A stretch of DNA of 64,000 nucleotides from an uncultured virus (IMG/VR IMGVR_UViG_3300002231_004964) (Duplodnaviria > Heunggongvirae > Uroviricota > Caudoviricetes): the IMG/VR virus record IMGVR_UViG_3300002231_004964. One strand, written 5' to 3'. The position numbers and the translations under genes were made by a program. The notes beneath the pieces are model-generated. The model was not told the origin of the DNA. It was given only the letters and a program-made list of their open reading frames with translations, and made no database searches. The stretch's first letter is position 1. The number at the start of each line of letters is the position of its first letter. Positions 51,459 to 60,684 of this stretch are shown in pieces.

Positions 51459-52055
51459 CTATACGGCTACAGGACGAGGCAATTCCATAGTTAAACTCGG
51501 AATATTATCTAAAATATCAATCTTAGACACACCTTCGACAATGCCAAGTACATTCATACTCATCCAAATCAAATTAATGACGACGGCAGGATTAGCCCCG
51601 TAATAGAACGCATTCAAAAGTAATCCACTTGAACCGATTAGGCTTAAGGTGTGATAGGCGACGGAAGTGTTTTCAAGTGTGCCTCGGCTCACGGCTGCGA
51701 CTGCTCCTAATTGCATGAATCCACCTGTAAATCCAAGAATGTTAATCATTCGCTCACTAATATTGTTAGAAATGTAATTATAAATGGAAACGCGATTAAT
51801 CCAGCCAATAATGGCGGTAAAACCCATAATTCCAAATACGCTTAATTTTTCAATATTTATTGGGCTAGACGACTTTAAGTAGCGTTGTTTAAAGGCTAGA
51901 TAATCTCCTTGGAGTTCAGGATTTTCATCTTTGTTGAAAGCGGCTAATAATCGGTCTTGTAAGTCGTCTTGCATCTCGAAATCATTAGGATATTCCGATT
52001 CTACAAACGCGATTATAATCTCATTAGCCTCTCGACTGTGAAATGTCCGACCCAT
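51459..52055 (-). CDS. Multi-TM membrane protein (C-terminal CBU_0592-like helices)
   Basis: YHTLSLIGSSGLLLNAFYYGANPAVVINLIW; TATA near 52078 fixes ATG 52055. Confidence 0.65.
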   Translation of the reverse strand: MGRTFHSREANEIIIAFVESEYPNDFEMQDDLQDRLLAAFNKDENPELQGDYLAFKQRYLKSSSPINIEKLSVFGIMGFTAIIGWINRVSIYNYISNNISERMINILGFTGGFMQLGAVAAVSRGTLENTSVAYHTLSLIGSSGLLLNAFYYGANPAVVINLIWMSMNVLGIVEGVSKIDILDNIPSLTMELPRPVAV

Positions 52056-52134
52056 ACTAAAAGATTTAGGTTCCAACTACTTAAAGACTAGTACAATACT
52101 AACCTTTATATATGTGGCCAACGCACGGGCCCTT

Positions 52135-52383
52135 ATGGCAAATAGTACGTTGTCCGACCACCAAGAGTCCGAGCATTTTTGTTACAATCGAACGTGGGCC
52201 GAAATCGAGGAGATGTTGGACAAGGCTGAACGTGTGATGAACATGCATCATTCTAAATTACACGATGCTAGGGATAAAAAAACAAAAATGTATCACGCTA
52301 GAAACTTCAAAGCATTACAAGGTGTTGTTAAAACTTTGCGATGGACACTAGGCGATAAAGATGTCAAGCATCCTCTAGATTGA
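52135..52383 (+). CDS. Small helical hypothetical protein
   Basis: CTTTATATA near 52104 upstream of ATG 52135; RNFKALQGVVKTLRWTLGD. Confidence 0.7.
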   Translation: MANSTLSDHQESEHFCYNRTWAEIEEMLDKAERVMNMHHSKLHDARDKKTKMYHARNFKALQGVVKTLRWTLGDKDVKHPLD

Positions 52384-52395
52384 TTTCTAGATGTA

Positions 52396-53740
52396 TCATC
52401 CGATACTTCCATCCATTTCCAACTCTAAAAGTTTGTTCAACTCTACTGCGTATTCCATTGGTAATTCTTTTGTAAAGGGTTCGAAGAATCCATTAATGAT
52501 GAGTGCCTTNGCCTCTGCTTCGGTATACTCCCCTACTCATTAGATAAAATAACTGGTCGTCTGAGACCTTTGATACGGATGCCTCATGTTCTGTAATTGC
52601 TGAATGACTTTCTACCTCCATTGTAGGGTAAGTATCTGATTGTGAATTTCCATCCATCAAGAGAGCATCACAAACTACATTAGAGCGGCAGTTCTTTGCT
52701 TTGCGGGATATTTTTACCAACCCTCGGTATGAAGTACGCCCTCCATCCATACTAATACTTTTAGAGAGGATGTTTGAAGTTGTGTTTGATGCAAGATGAT
52801 GAACTTTGGCTCCTGTGTCTTGATGCTGTCCTTCTTTTGCATAAGCAACAGAAATTACTTCTGCATGGGCGTTTACTCCCTTTAGAAGAACGGCAGGATA
52901 TTTCATTGTTAAGGACGAGCCAATGTTCCCATCTACCCATTCAATAATTGCATCCTTGTGGGCAACTGCTCTTTTGGTAACTAGGTTGAAAATATTATCC
53001 GACCAATTTTGAATAGTAGTATAACGGATGTGCGCTCCCTCTAATGCTACTAATTCTACTACGGCTGAATGCAAACTGTTGGTAGAAAATGTTGGAGCGG
53101 TGCAACCTTCAATGTAGTGAATAGATGAGCCCTCATCAGCCACGATAAGAGTGCGTTCAAATTGACCCATATTTTCGCTAGCGATGAGAAAGTATGCTTG
53201 CACAGGTATGTCCACCTTTACGCCTTTAGGAACGTAGATGAATGAACCTCCAGACCATACGGCAGTATTCAAAGCAGAGAATTTATTATCTGCACTTGGG
53301 ACTACACTACCAAAATACTGTTTTACTATGTCAGGGTGTTCTCGTAAACCTGAATCCATATCCATGAAAATAACACCTTGACTTTCTAAATCTTCCCTAA
53401 TGGAATGATAAATAGACTCACTTTCGTATTGTGCAGTTAGTCCTCCTAACCATTTCTGTTCGGCCTCTGGAATGCCTAATGCATCAAAAGTCTGTTTGAT
53501 TTTATCAGGAACTTGGTCCCAATCTTGTTGGGTTTCTCCAAGGACACGAAAATAGCAAATATCATTGAAATCTAAGGTATTCAATTTTTCAGTATTTCCC
53601 CATTGAGGTGTAGGTCGTTTGACAAACTGTTGGTATGCTCTAACACGAATATCCGTCATCCAAGTAGGCTCACGCTTGTAATTAGAAATAGCCCTCACTA
53701 CTTCTTCAGATAGCCCGTCATGAAGTTCATAACTTTCCAT
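52396..53740 (-). CDS. sufB: Fe-S cluster assembly scaffold SufB (frameshift near 52530)
   Basis: [50 protein letters not shown]; alternate frame ends [27 protein letters not shown]. Confidence 0.95.
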
Positions 53741-53787
53741 CTAAATCACCGTATCCACAATCGCAATACGAGTCATGTTGACTGTCC

Positions 53788-55536
53788 TTAACTTTCTAAT
53801 TCGTCAAGGATACCGTCGCCATCATCATCCGTGTCGATGTAATCAGAGACGCCATCATTGTCGTGGTCAAATTGACCTGTCATGTTGTTACCGTCGTTGT
53901 TTTCGAACCAGTCAGAAAGACCGTCGTTATCATCGTCGGTATCAGTTGCGTCCCAAATACCATCATTGTCGTGGTCGTAACGATACTCACCCCAAGAACC
54001 GCCTACTTCATCCACGTCTAAAATGTTATCGTTGTCGTCGTCAGTATCAACTGAATCATTTAGACCATCATTATCGTGGTCACGACTTGCATCAGACCCA
54101 TTTTCATATACGTCATTACGATTATCGATACCATCATTATCGATATCAAAATCGAATCTGTCTTGGATGCCATCATTATCGTGGTCATAAATATCAGTGT
54201 TTGGATTACCATCGTTCACTTCTTCATCATCATTGATACCATCGCCATCATCGTCATTATCTTCATGGTCGTCAATACCATCATTGTCGTGGTCGTTTGG
54301 CGATTCGTCTTGGGAATCAGGGATTCCATCGTTATCATCATCATTGTCTAATACATCGGGGATGCCGTCGCCATCGTTGTCATTGTCACCGTTTTGTTCC
54401 TGGTTGTCAATTTGTTGACCTTGTTGTTGGTCTGATTGTTGACCTTGTTGACCTTGTTGCCCATTCTGAGTTTGACCTTGCTGTTGTTGGTTTTGACCAT
54501 TTTGGTTCTGACCACCTTGGTTTTGTTGCTCTTGTTGACCTTGTTGACCACCTTGCTCACCACCATTTTGTTGCTGACCTTGACCGTTATCTTGTTGTTG
54601 ACCTTGCTGACCTTGCTGACCTTGCTGACCACTTTGGCCTTGTCCAGTTTGTTGTCCTTGTTGGCCTGCTTGTCCCTGTTGGCCTTGCTGACCTTGCTGT
54701 CCTTGCTGGCCTTGCTGACCTTGTTGACCTTGACCTTGTCCCTGCCCTTGACCTTGTCCCTGGTTCTGACCTTGCCCCTGACCTTGTCCTTGACCTTGAC
54801 CCTGGCCCTGACCTTGGCCTTGACCTTGGCCTTNACCTTGGCCTTGTCCTTGGCCTTGTCCTTGGCCCTGTCCTTGGCCTTGTCCTTGTCCTTGTCCTTG
54901 GCCTTGTCCTTGGCCTTGTCCTTGGCCTTGACCCTGTCCTTGACCTTGTCCTTGTCCTTGGCCTTCACCTTGTCCATTGTCGTTGGATTCGCCACCGCCT
55001 TCTGTACCTCCATTACCTGAACCTGCTTGAGATTCTTGATAATCAGGGTCATAAGCATCGGGAATTCCATCACCATCGGAGTCACTAAACTCTCCATCAT
55101 TCGGGTCGTTAGGATACGGGTCGCTACCATCTGGTTTACCGTCACCATCAGTGTCGGCTGAGTTTGGGTTTGTTCCGCGTTGATATTCTTGCGAGTTAGT
55201 TAACCCGTCACCATCAGGGTCTCCATTGGCATCTCCACCATTCAGTGGGTCTAAACCATGATTAACTTCCCAACCATCGGGTAATCCGTCGCCATCAGTA
55301 TCGGGATTATTGAAATTCGTTCCTTCGTTTTGTTCTTCCGCATTAGTTAAACCGTCACCGTCCCAATCGGCCCCACCATCAGATGGGTCTAAGGGGTCAG
55401 TGCCGTCAGCCGCCACCACACCTGCAGACATTGCAAGCATAAGGGCAGTCAAAATTGTTAACAATACGCGCTTCGTTCTAGATTCTTTTACATTCTCCAT
55501 ATTTTCACTTACTTGTGTTCGTTCTAGGAAACCCAC
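53788..55536 (-). CDS. Secreted/anchored protein with TSP3-like Ca-binding D-rich repeats flanking a (GQ)n/(GQQ)n tract
   Basis: Signal-like hydrophobic segment; DxDGDGL and DHDNDG repeats; RBS GAGGAG. Confidence 0.85.
   Translation of the reverse strand: MGFLERTQVSENMENVKESRTKRVLLTILTALMLAMSAGVVAADGTDPLDPSDGGADWDGDGLTNAEEQNEGTNFNNPDTDGDGLPDGWEVNHGLDPLNGGDANGDPDGDGLTNSQEYQRGTNPNSADTDGDGKPDGSDPYPNDPNDGEFSDSDGDGIPDAYDPDYQESQAGSGNGGTEGGGESNDNGQGEGQGQGQGQGQGQGQGQGQGQGQGQGQGQGQGQGQGQGQGQGQGXGQGQGQGQGQGQGQGQGQGQGQNQGQGQGQGQGQGQQGQQGQQGQQGQQGQQGQAGQQGQQTGQGQSGQQGQQGQQGQQQDNGQGQQQNGGEQGGQQGQQEQQNQGGQNQNGQNQQQQGQTQNGQQGQQGQQSDQQQGQQIDNQEQNGDNDNDGDGIPDVLDNDDDNDGIPDSQDESPNDHDNDGIDDHEDNDDDGDGINDDEEVNDGNPNTDIYDHDNDGIQDRFDFDIDNDGIDNRNDVYENGSDASRDHDNDGLNDSVDTDDDNDNILDVDEVGGSWGEYRYDHDNDGIWDATDTDDDNDGLSDWFENNDGNNMTGQFDHDNDGVSDYIDTDDDGDGILDELES
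54410..54975 (-). repeat. Coding microsatellite: about 40 GQ hexamers then GQQ nonamers
   Basis: Degenerate CCTTGN hexamer array on the plus strand. Confidence 0.95.
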
Positions 55537-55594
55537 TGTCTCCTCTAACTAATTAATAAGGTTATTCTACTATTTAAGAGTATGCGCTTGGTGC

Positions 55595-56134
55595 TCACAA
55601 CTCTTCGGCGATTACTATACCGCCGAAAACGAGTAAAGGAATTAAAAAGAGAGTAGCCACACCTAGACCCAAGGCTTTAGCCCTGTCCTCGGTTATAGAT
55701 AAAGCGAAATCGGAAACTACCATAGGAACAGCAACAAAGTTACTTACGGCTAAAGAAAGAATGAAGAAGGGTGGAACGATACCTGATACTAATTCATGAG
55801 AATGGAAAAACGGGTCTCCGTCTTCATCTTTGACATAGGTAGGAATGTACGCCAGTAAATAAGAAAATGCAAATAAGAGAAATTCTAATTTAATGAATCT
55901 TTTCAATGGACTACCCGAAACTAACCAACCACCGTCACTGGACATAATCCATTTCACACCTCGCTCGACAACTCCAACCAGTATATACGAACCCAACAGA
56001 ATTAAAATTCCAATCACTAAGGCACGAGAACCGTAGTTAATATCTATCCGAGTAGTTTCAGATAGATAAGGCCAAACAATTAATCCGATACCTAAGACAG
56101 ATGCGGTTAATGGAAGCAATGAACTAGCCGACAT
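55595..56134 (-). CDS. Multi-TM membrane protein, paralogue of 56136..56669
   Basis: Shared WPYLSE and similar TM layout. Confidence 0.7.
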   Translation of the reverse strand: MSASSLLPLTASVLGIGLIVWPYLSETTRIDINYGSRALVIGILILLGSYILVGVVERGVKWIMSSDGGWLVSGSPLKRFIKLEFLLFAFSYLLAYIPTYVKDEDGDPFFHSHELVSGIVPPFFILSLAVSNFVAVPMVVSDFALSITEDRAKALGLGVATLFLIPLLVFGGIVIAEEL

Positions 56135-56135
56135 C

Positions 56136-56669
56136 CTAAATTAACCCCCACCAATCATTGTCCGCAGAAACCCATCCAAAAGCCCCCGCCGTTGCGGCTA
56201 ATGTTATCATACCTGCAGCCGTAGCCATTTCTCGATTATCAGTTGCTTCCAAGAATAATTTCGAAACGACGATAGGGATGAGGACAGTATTTGTACTAAA
56301 GAAAGTTAGGGCTCCAACATCATTCGGGTGTGGTGATGGCAACTGATTCAACGAATTGGCTAATAAACTTAAGCCCGCAGACCCTGCAATAATTAAGACT
56401 TCCGTTGCTAAGAATTTAAACACCGTTGGCCAAAAACCTGTTGTGCCCGTCCAAATTGAGTGACCTGTGTAAACTACTGCGATTGAGATAAGGACAACGG
56501 ATGAGCAGATAACCAACGGTTCGATACTATCCTGTAAAAAATCCACCGAGCCTGACGCGACGTCTTTCGGAATATCTCGTTTCGATTCGGATAAGTATGG
56601 CCAAGCCCTATATCCAAGATAACCTCCCAAGGCAATCATAGGAAATACAGGTAAACCTAAGACCATCAA
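56136..56669 (-). CDS. Multi-TM membrane protein, paralogue of 55595..56134
   Basis: Shared WPYLSE, F...E, N.V..P.VVS motifs. Confidence 0.7.
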   Translation of the reverse strand: MMVLGLPVFPMIALGGYLGYRAWPYLSESKRDIPKDVASGSVDFLQDSIEPLVICSSVVLISIAVVYTGHSIWTGTTGFWPTVFKFLATEVLIIAGSAGLSLLANSLNQLPSPHPNDVGALTFFSTNTVLIPIVVSKLFLEATDNREMATAAGMITLAATAGAFGWVSADNDWWGLI

Positions 56670-56693
56670 ACTTAAGATAACCGACGCGACTAT

Positions 56694-57500
56694 TTAGTGT
56701 TGTCGTTCTGGAACCCAATGCGTAGTTCGCTTGTCTCGAGTTTCTTCTCGAACCACTCGAAAACCTTCAGGGTCTGTCTTTCGACGATAAACTAAGAACT
56801 TAAAATTATACGTTCCTGTTGAACCATCAGGTAACTCATAGGTAGATATCCTCGCACCGCGTGAAGCGTATGAGGCTCTAATCACCCACTTCGTTTCCTG
56901 GTTTAATCGAACTAATTCTTCATCGGTTAAACTACTATTCACCCTATGTGGCGAAATTCCTGCTCGATACAAAGCCTCGGCCTTGATGTAATTGCCAACA
57001 CCTGCTAAGACCTTTTGGTCCATCAGTGATTGCACCACAGTTCGATTAGGATAGCGCCTCATACAATGCATGAAAGTTTCATCGGAAACATCTTCGGCCA
57101 AAATATCAGGACCTAACGAGGCTAACTTTTTCTCAAACTCATCATTCGAGGAACAAAATCTAAAAGTTCCGAAACGCCGCATATCTTTGTAATGCATCTT
57201 TCCTTTCGAAGTATGAAACGTCAACATAGTATGCTTGACCTTATTCTTTCGCCAAGTTCCCGACATGCCTAATGTATTCCACACAGTCCATCCATTCTCT
57301 AAGGTAAAGTAAATAAACTTACCTTTGCATTGTACGGATTCGATTTGCAATGGGAGGGCGGATTGAAACTCCGCCACCTCCCCTCGCAGTTGCTTTTCCC
57401 CATATCGAGGAACAACGACTTCAATAGATTCTAAAGTAGTATCCTGGAAAAAATCGTTGATACGTTCTGTAATCCGTTTTACTTCGGGACCTTCAGGCAC
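56694..57500 (-). CDS. nei: Fpg/Nei-family DNA glycosylase with zincless finger
   Basis: GTG start MPEGPEV with RBS GAGGTG; KGK, LGMSG, DMRRFG, LGPD, LMDQ..AGVGNY; no Cys in finger (RTTHWVP). Confidence 0.9.
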   Translation of the reverse strand: MPEGPEVKRITERINDFFQDTTLESIEVVVPRYGEKQLRGEVAEFQSALPLQIESVQCKGKFIYFTLENGWTVWNTLGMSGTWRKNKVKHTMLTFHTSKGKMHYKDMRRFGTFRFCSSNDEFEKKLASLGPDILAEDVSDETFMHCMRRYPNRTVVQSLMDQKVLAGVGNYIKAEALYRAGISPHRVNSSLTDEELVRLNQETKWVIRASYASRGARISTYELPDGSTGTYNFKFLVYRRKTDPEGFRVVREETRDKRTTHWVPERQH

Positions 57501-57510
57501 GTAAACCACC

Positions 57511-57717
57511 TCAAGGACGGTTAGTGCAAACGTAACGCATGTATCGTTGACCCATACCATCGACACGCCAAACGTGTTCGAATTGGTAACCCAACTTCTT
57601 CAAATCCATAATACGACGTGGTAGACTGCGAATCTTATAGACGCTCGCAGCCTCAACAGGCGTAATACTAGTTTCGTTCTCAAAATGCTTTCTCAATAAT
57701 TCTACTTGTGACATCAT
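57511..57717 (-). CDS. Small phage-type winged-helix protein
   Basis: SITPVEA...IRSLPRRIMDLKKLGY. Confidence 0.75.
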   Translation of the reverse strand: MMSQVELLRKHFENETSITPVEAASVYKIRSLPRRIMDLKKLGYQFEHVWRVDGMGQRYMRYVCTNRP

Positions 57718-57762
57718 TCGACCTCCAATTTACTGTTGGTCATACACCCTTATAAGAGTTTC

Positions 57763-58446
57763 TTAGTATTGTGCTTGAGGATAGTTGAGAGTTCTTTTGG
57801 ATATTCGAGAAAACAAACTAGGTCCTAAATAGATTGTTGAGTAATCTTCAATATAAGTAAATCCGTATCGAGGGTTGATGAAAATCTCTTCTAAATTATT
57901 CAGCACATCCTCAAATACATAAGTATCACCACTTTCCAAAGCCTCCTCCAACCGATTTATATCTAGACTTTCTAAATATGGATTTATTAAAATTGCACGT
58001 CCCGTATCATATAAATACATTAAAGAAGGGGTAGCACTCGCATAAAATGCATCAGGACCCTGACTTTTTACCATAAGTGTTTCTAATGAAGTTCCCTTTT
58101 CTTCTTTAGGTGTCGGCCAAACTAAATACCAACCTAAAGTGTCGGAAAAACGCTCTTTAGAAACTACTTCATAATCCTTGTAAAGTTCGAAAAGTGACAA
58201 AAGATTCTCATAAATTTGTAGTTTTTCCCTCTTTGGTAGTGTAAATGAATAATAACTGTTTGAACTCGAATTACGATTCTCCTTAGAAATAGAATAGATA
58301 CCAAGACGCCTTAATGTTTCTAAAAAGTTACGTCTATGCATGGGATATTCAGCAGGAATCCAAGGAAGTGGAACATCATTATAAGGTTTAGAAAATACAT
58401 AATCTTCCAATGAATTGAATTCCATACGAAGGAATAATCTCATCAA
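57763..58446 (-). CDS. Hypothetical protein
   Basis: ORF track. Confidence 0.65.
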   Translation of the reverse strand: MMRLFLRMEFNSLEDYVFSKPYNDVPLPWIPAEYPMHRRNFLETLRRLGIYSISKENRNSSSNSYYSFTLPKREKLQIYENLLSLFELYKDYEVVSKERFSDTLGWYLVWPTPKEEKGTSLETLMVKSQGPDAFYASATPSLMYLYDTGRAILINPYLESLDINRLEEALESGDTYVFEDVLNNLEEIFINPRYGFTYIEDYSTIYLGPSLFSRISKRTLNYPQAQY

Positions 58447-58460
58447 CTATATAATACGTT

Positions 58461-59048
58461 CTATTCTAGACGAACCGTTCGCCACTCGACATGTCCTGCC
58501 TCAATCAAGTCCCGTATACGCCGTTGTTTCGTAGTCAAATTAGATTTGCCCGCCTTAACATCTAAGAATACTACTTTACCATCAAGTAAATTATCTTCTT
58601 TATTCGTCGAGTAGTGCCAAACTATGTAGTCGATAGGACTACCTAAGAATGACCAATTTTCAATCTTCCAATCGGTATCAATTTCAGGATGGTCTAGAAA
58701 CGGAGCCCATTTTTCAAGGGCTTGGCCTTTCGAAGTAGCCTGTGAAGCCGCACGTCCTTTTTGATGGCGAACTTCATTGTGCAAACGCTCTATTTCATTG
58801 ATGTAAGTGTCAATCATTTCTGATTGACGGTCACGTTCCGTGCGTAGTTCTGATAATTGCGCTCGTTGTTCTGCCAAACTAGATTCGAACGTTTGCGTCA
58901 CGAGTTCCACATTCGCGTCGGATTGTTCGAGTGTTCGCAGTTCGTCGGCGTGACGTTGTTTTAGGGTTTGAATGAAATGCCAAGAGACTAAGCCGATAAA
59001 AAGAGCGAAAACGAGGAAATAGAACCACATGCAAGTACGGTATCGCAT
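58461..59048 (-). CDS. Holliday-junction-resolvase-like PD-(D/E)XK endonuclease with N-terminal TM and coiled coil
   Basis: KGQALEKWAPF, FLGSPIDYI, FLDVKAG..LT..QRRIRD. Confidence 0.8.
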   Translation of the reverse strand: MRYRTCMWFYFLVFALFIGLVSWHFIQTLKQRHADELRTLEQSDANVELVTQTFESSLAEQRAQLSELRTERDRQSEMIDTYINEIERLHNEVRHQKGRAASQATSKGQALEKWAPFLDHPEIDTDWKIENWSFLGSPIDYIVWHYSTNKEDNLLDGKVVFLDVKAGKSNLTTKQRRIRDLIEAGHVEWRTVRLE

Positions 59049-59099
59049 GATAAGGTATTTGAAAGTTCTCTTTATATAGTAGAATGACGTAGAACAAGT

Positions 59100-59744
59100 A
59101 TGGTAAAAGTTTACGCTAATCCTGAACTCTTACCGATGTTTAATTTATGGCTAGAGCAAACAGGTTCTGAGGCGCTGTCTAATCAATCTCCTTTAACCTA
59201 TGGTGATGCACAATATTATCTATTTATTCGAGCATTAGACGAAGGCAGTAATTGGTCAAATTACGACATGTGGTCTGTCTTAGACGAGTATTATGGAGAT
59301 AACCCCGATTATAACTGGTGGAAAAACGGCCGTAAACCTCATATGACCATTGCAGGATTGGAAACCTCGTTTGGAAGACGAGAAAATCTTGAAGAAAAAT
59401 TAGCGGAAATAATCAAGAGTGACCGAGGGTGGGATGAGCCGCTATTTGATGTCGAAGTCGTCGAGCCATTTGAAAACATGTTGGAGTGGATACAGGCGAC
59501 GCCCGAACGACGCTTGGATTATGAAGAAAGAATCAAGGCTACTCCCGACACTTTAAGGAAAAACGGCGAGATGGTGTTTTCCCTTTACATGACAGGAAAT
59601 TATGTAACTCTTCTTAGTCTAGGCGATTCGGAGGTCGGAGAGGCTTGGCTCAATTCCATTTACTTTACGCTTCGACCTGGTAAAGCGTGGCCTAAACCGA
59701 TACCTCGGAATCGAACTATAAACCACCCAGGAGGGATTCTATGA
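59100..59744 (+). CDS. Hypothetical protein
   Basis: CTTTATATA near 59070 upstream of ATG. Confidence 0.7.
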   Translation: MVKVYANPELLPMFNLWLEQTGSEALSNQSPLTYGDAQYYLFIRALDEGSNWSNYDMWSVLDEYYGDNPDYNWWKNGRKPHMTIAGLETSFGRRENLEEKLAEIIKSDRGWDEPLFDVEVVEPFENMLEWIQATPERRLDYEERIKATPDTLRKNGEMVFSLYMTGNYVTLLSLGDSEVGEAWLNSIYFTLRPGKAWPKPIPRNRTINHPGGIL

Positions 59745-60523
59745 TTACGAGTTTGAATTTCCCGCAATCCATTTCATGGCTACACCGATATCGTTCACCC
59801 GATTACGAACAGTCTCTCTTTAAAGGCATTCCGATTACTTATCGGTATCATCCTGCCGTTCTACGATTGATTAGGGGTGATAACGAACGAGGAGTAAGAC
59901 TACGTCCAAGATATCGAGGCAAGTCGAAACCCGATATCGGGTATAAGCGACGCCAAAGTTATGTAACCGAGGAGTTTGCAGATACCTTTGCATTATACCC
60001 TGTTTCAAATTATCGAGCAGAGACATCTTTAAGTAGTCGAACGGCTGAAACTACTAGTATGAACGAACCTGTCACTTATCCTGTCGGTAATGGAAATGTC
60101 ATCGGTAGCCACTCTGCTCAAGATTTTGTATGGGCAGGACGAGCCGAGGGCGCTCAAGAACAAGCCACTGGCGAAACTGCTACTCACACTCCAATGTCGG
60201 AAGAACCTTACACTGGACCAATCACTGAACCTCTTGGTTCGGATGTTCACTTTGGGGCTGAAGGAAGAAAGATGAGTTGGCCTATGGCCTTTGGTATTGT
60301 CGGAGTTGTCGTTGCTATTACAGGAGTCGTATCATTAATATTCGGAAAATGGATTGAAGACGTTCCTGTAATTGGTAGTGTGGTCAAGGCCGTTCGTTCC
60401 TCTTGGGATGCTAAGAACACACCACAAGCCATTTGGATGTTGTCTACTATTGCATTAGTGGGTTATCTAGGTGCGTATACTTGGGTTAATCAAATGCAAC
60501 TTCGTGCTAGATTAGCAGTTTAA
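59741..60523 (+). CDS. AE-motif protein with two C-terminal TMs
   Basis: YRAET, RTAET, GRAE, FGAE then hydrophobic helices. Confidence 0.7.
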   Translation: MITSLNFPQSISWLHRYRSPDYEQSLFKGIPITYRYHPAVLRLIRGDNERGVRLRPRYRGKSKPDIGYKRRQSYVTEEFADTFALYPVSNYRAETSLSSRTAETTSMNEPVTYPVGNGNVIGSHSAQDFVWAGRAEGAQEQATGETATHTPMSEEPYTGPITEPLGSDVHFGAEGRKMSWPMAFGIVGVVVAITGVVSLIFGKWIEDVPVIGSVVKAVRSSWDAKNTPQAIWMLSTIALVGYLGAYTWVNQMQLRARLAV

Positions 60524-60532
60524 GGTGATTAA

Positions 60533-60682
60533 ATGAGCCTCATTAAAGACATCGCAATCGGAACAGTTGTATTCTTCGGCCTGTCTTTTTTAGCCAAAAA
60601 GGGCGTAGAACTTAAAAACAGTGCTGAAACTAAGGNTGCCGAAGGTTGCGGTTGTGGAAACGGCGCAATCGAGGTGAACTGA
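60533..60682 (+). CDS. 49-aa membrane peptide with AE motifs, not in ORF track
   Basis: RBS AGGTGA; MSLIKDIAIGTVVFFGLSFLAKKGVELKNSAETKXAEGCGCGNGAIEVN*. Confidence 0.6.
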   Translation: MSLIKDIAIGTVVFFGLSFLAKKGVELKNSAETKXAEGCGCGNGAIEVN

Positions 60683-60684
60683 AA

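Noticed and set aside
1830..52530. About 20 frameshifts as programmed frameshifting or pseudogenes
   Set aside because: Mostly single extra bases in or near short homopolymers, in otherwise intact conserved genes (AAA, ArsA, SufB, capsid-like), with scattered N bases; sequencing error is more parsimonious, though reads are needed to confirm
54410..54975. CRISPR array
   Set aside because: Hexamer/nonamer coding microsatellite with no spacers and no cas genes
53775..55148. Long alternative-frame ORFs (poly-LA/LT, KA/KD, His/Arg-rich)
   Set aside because: Stop-free shadows of the GQ and D-rich repeats
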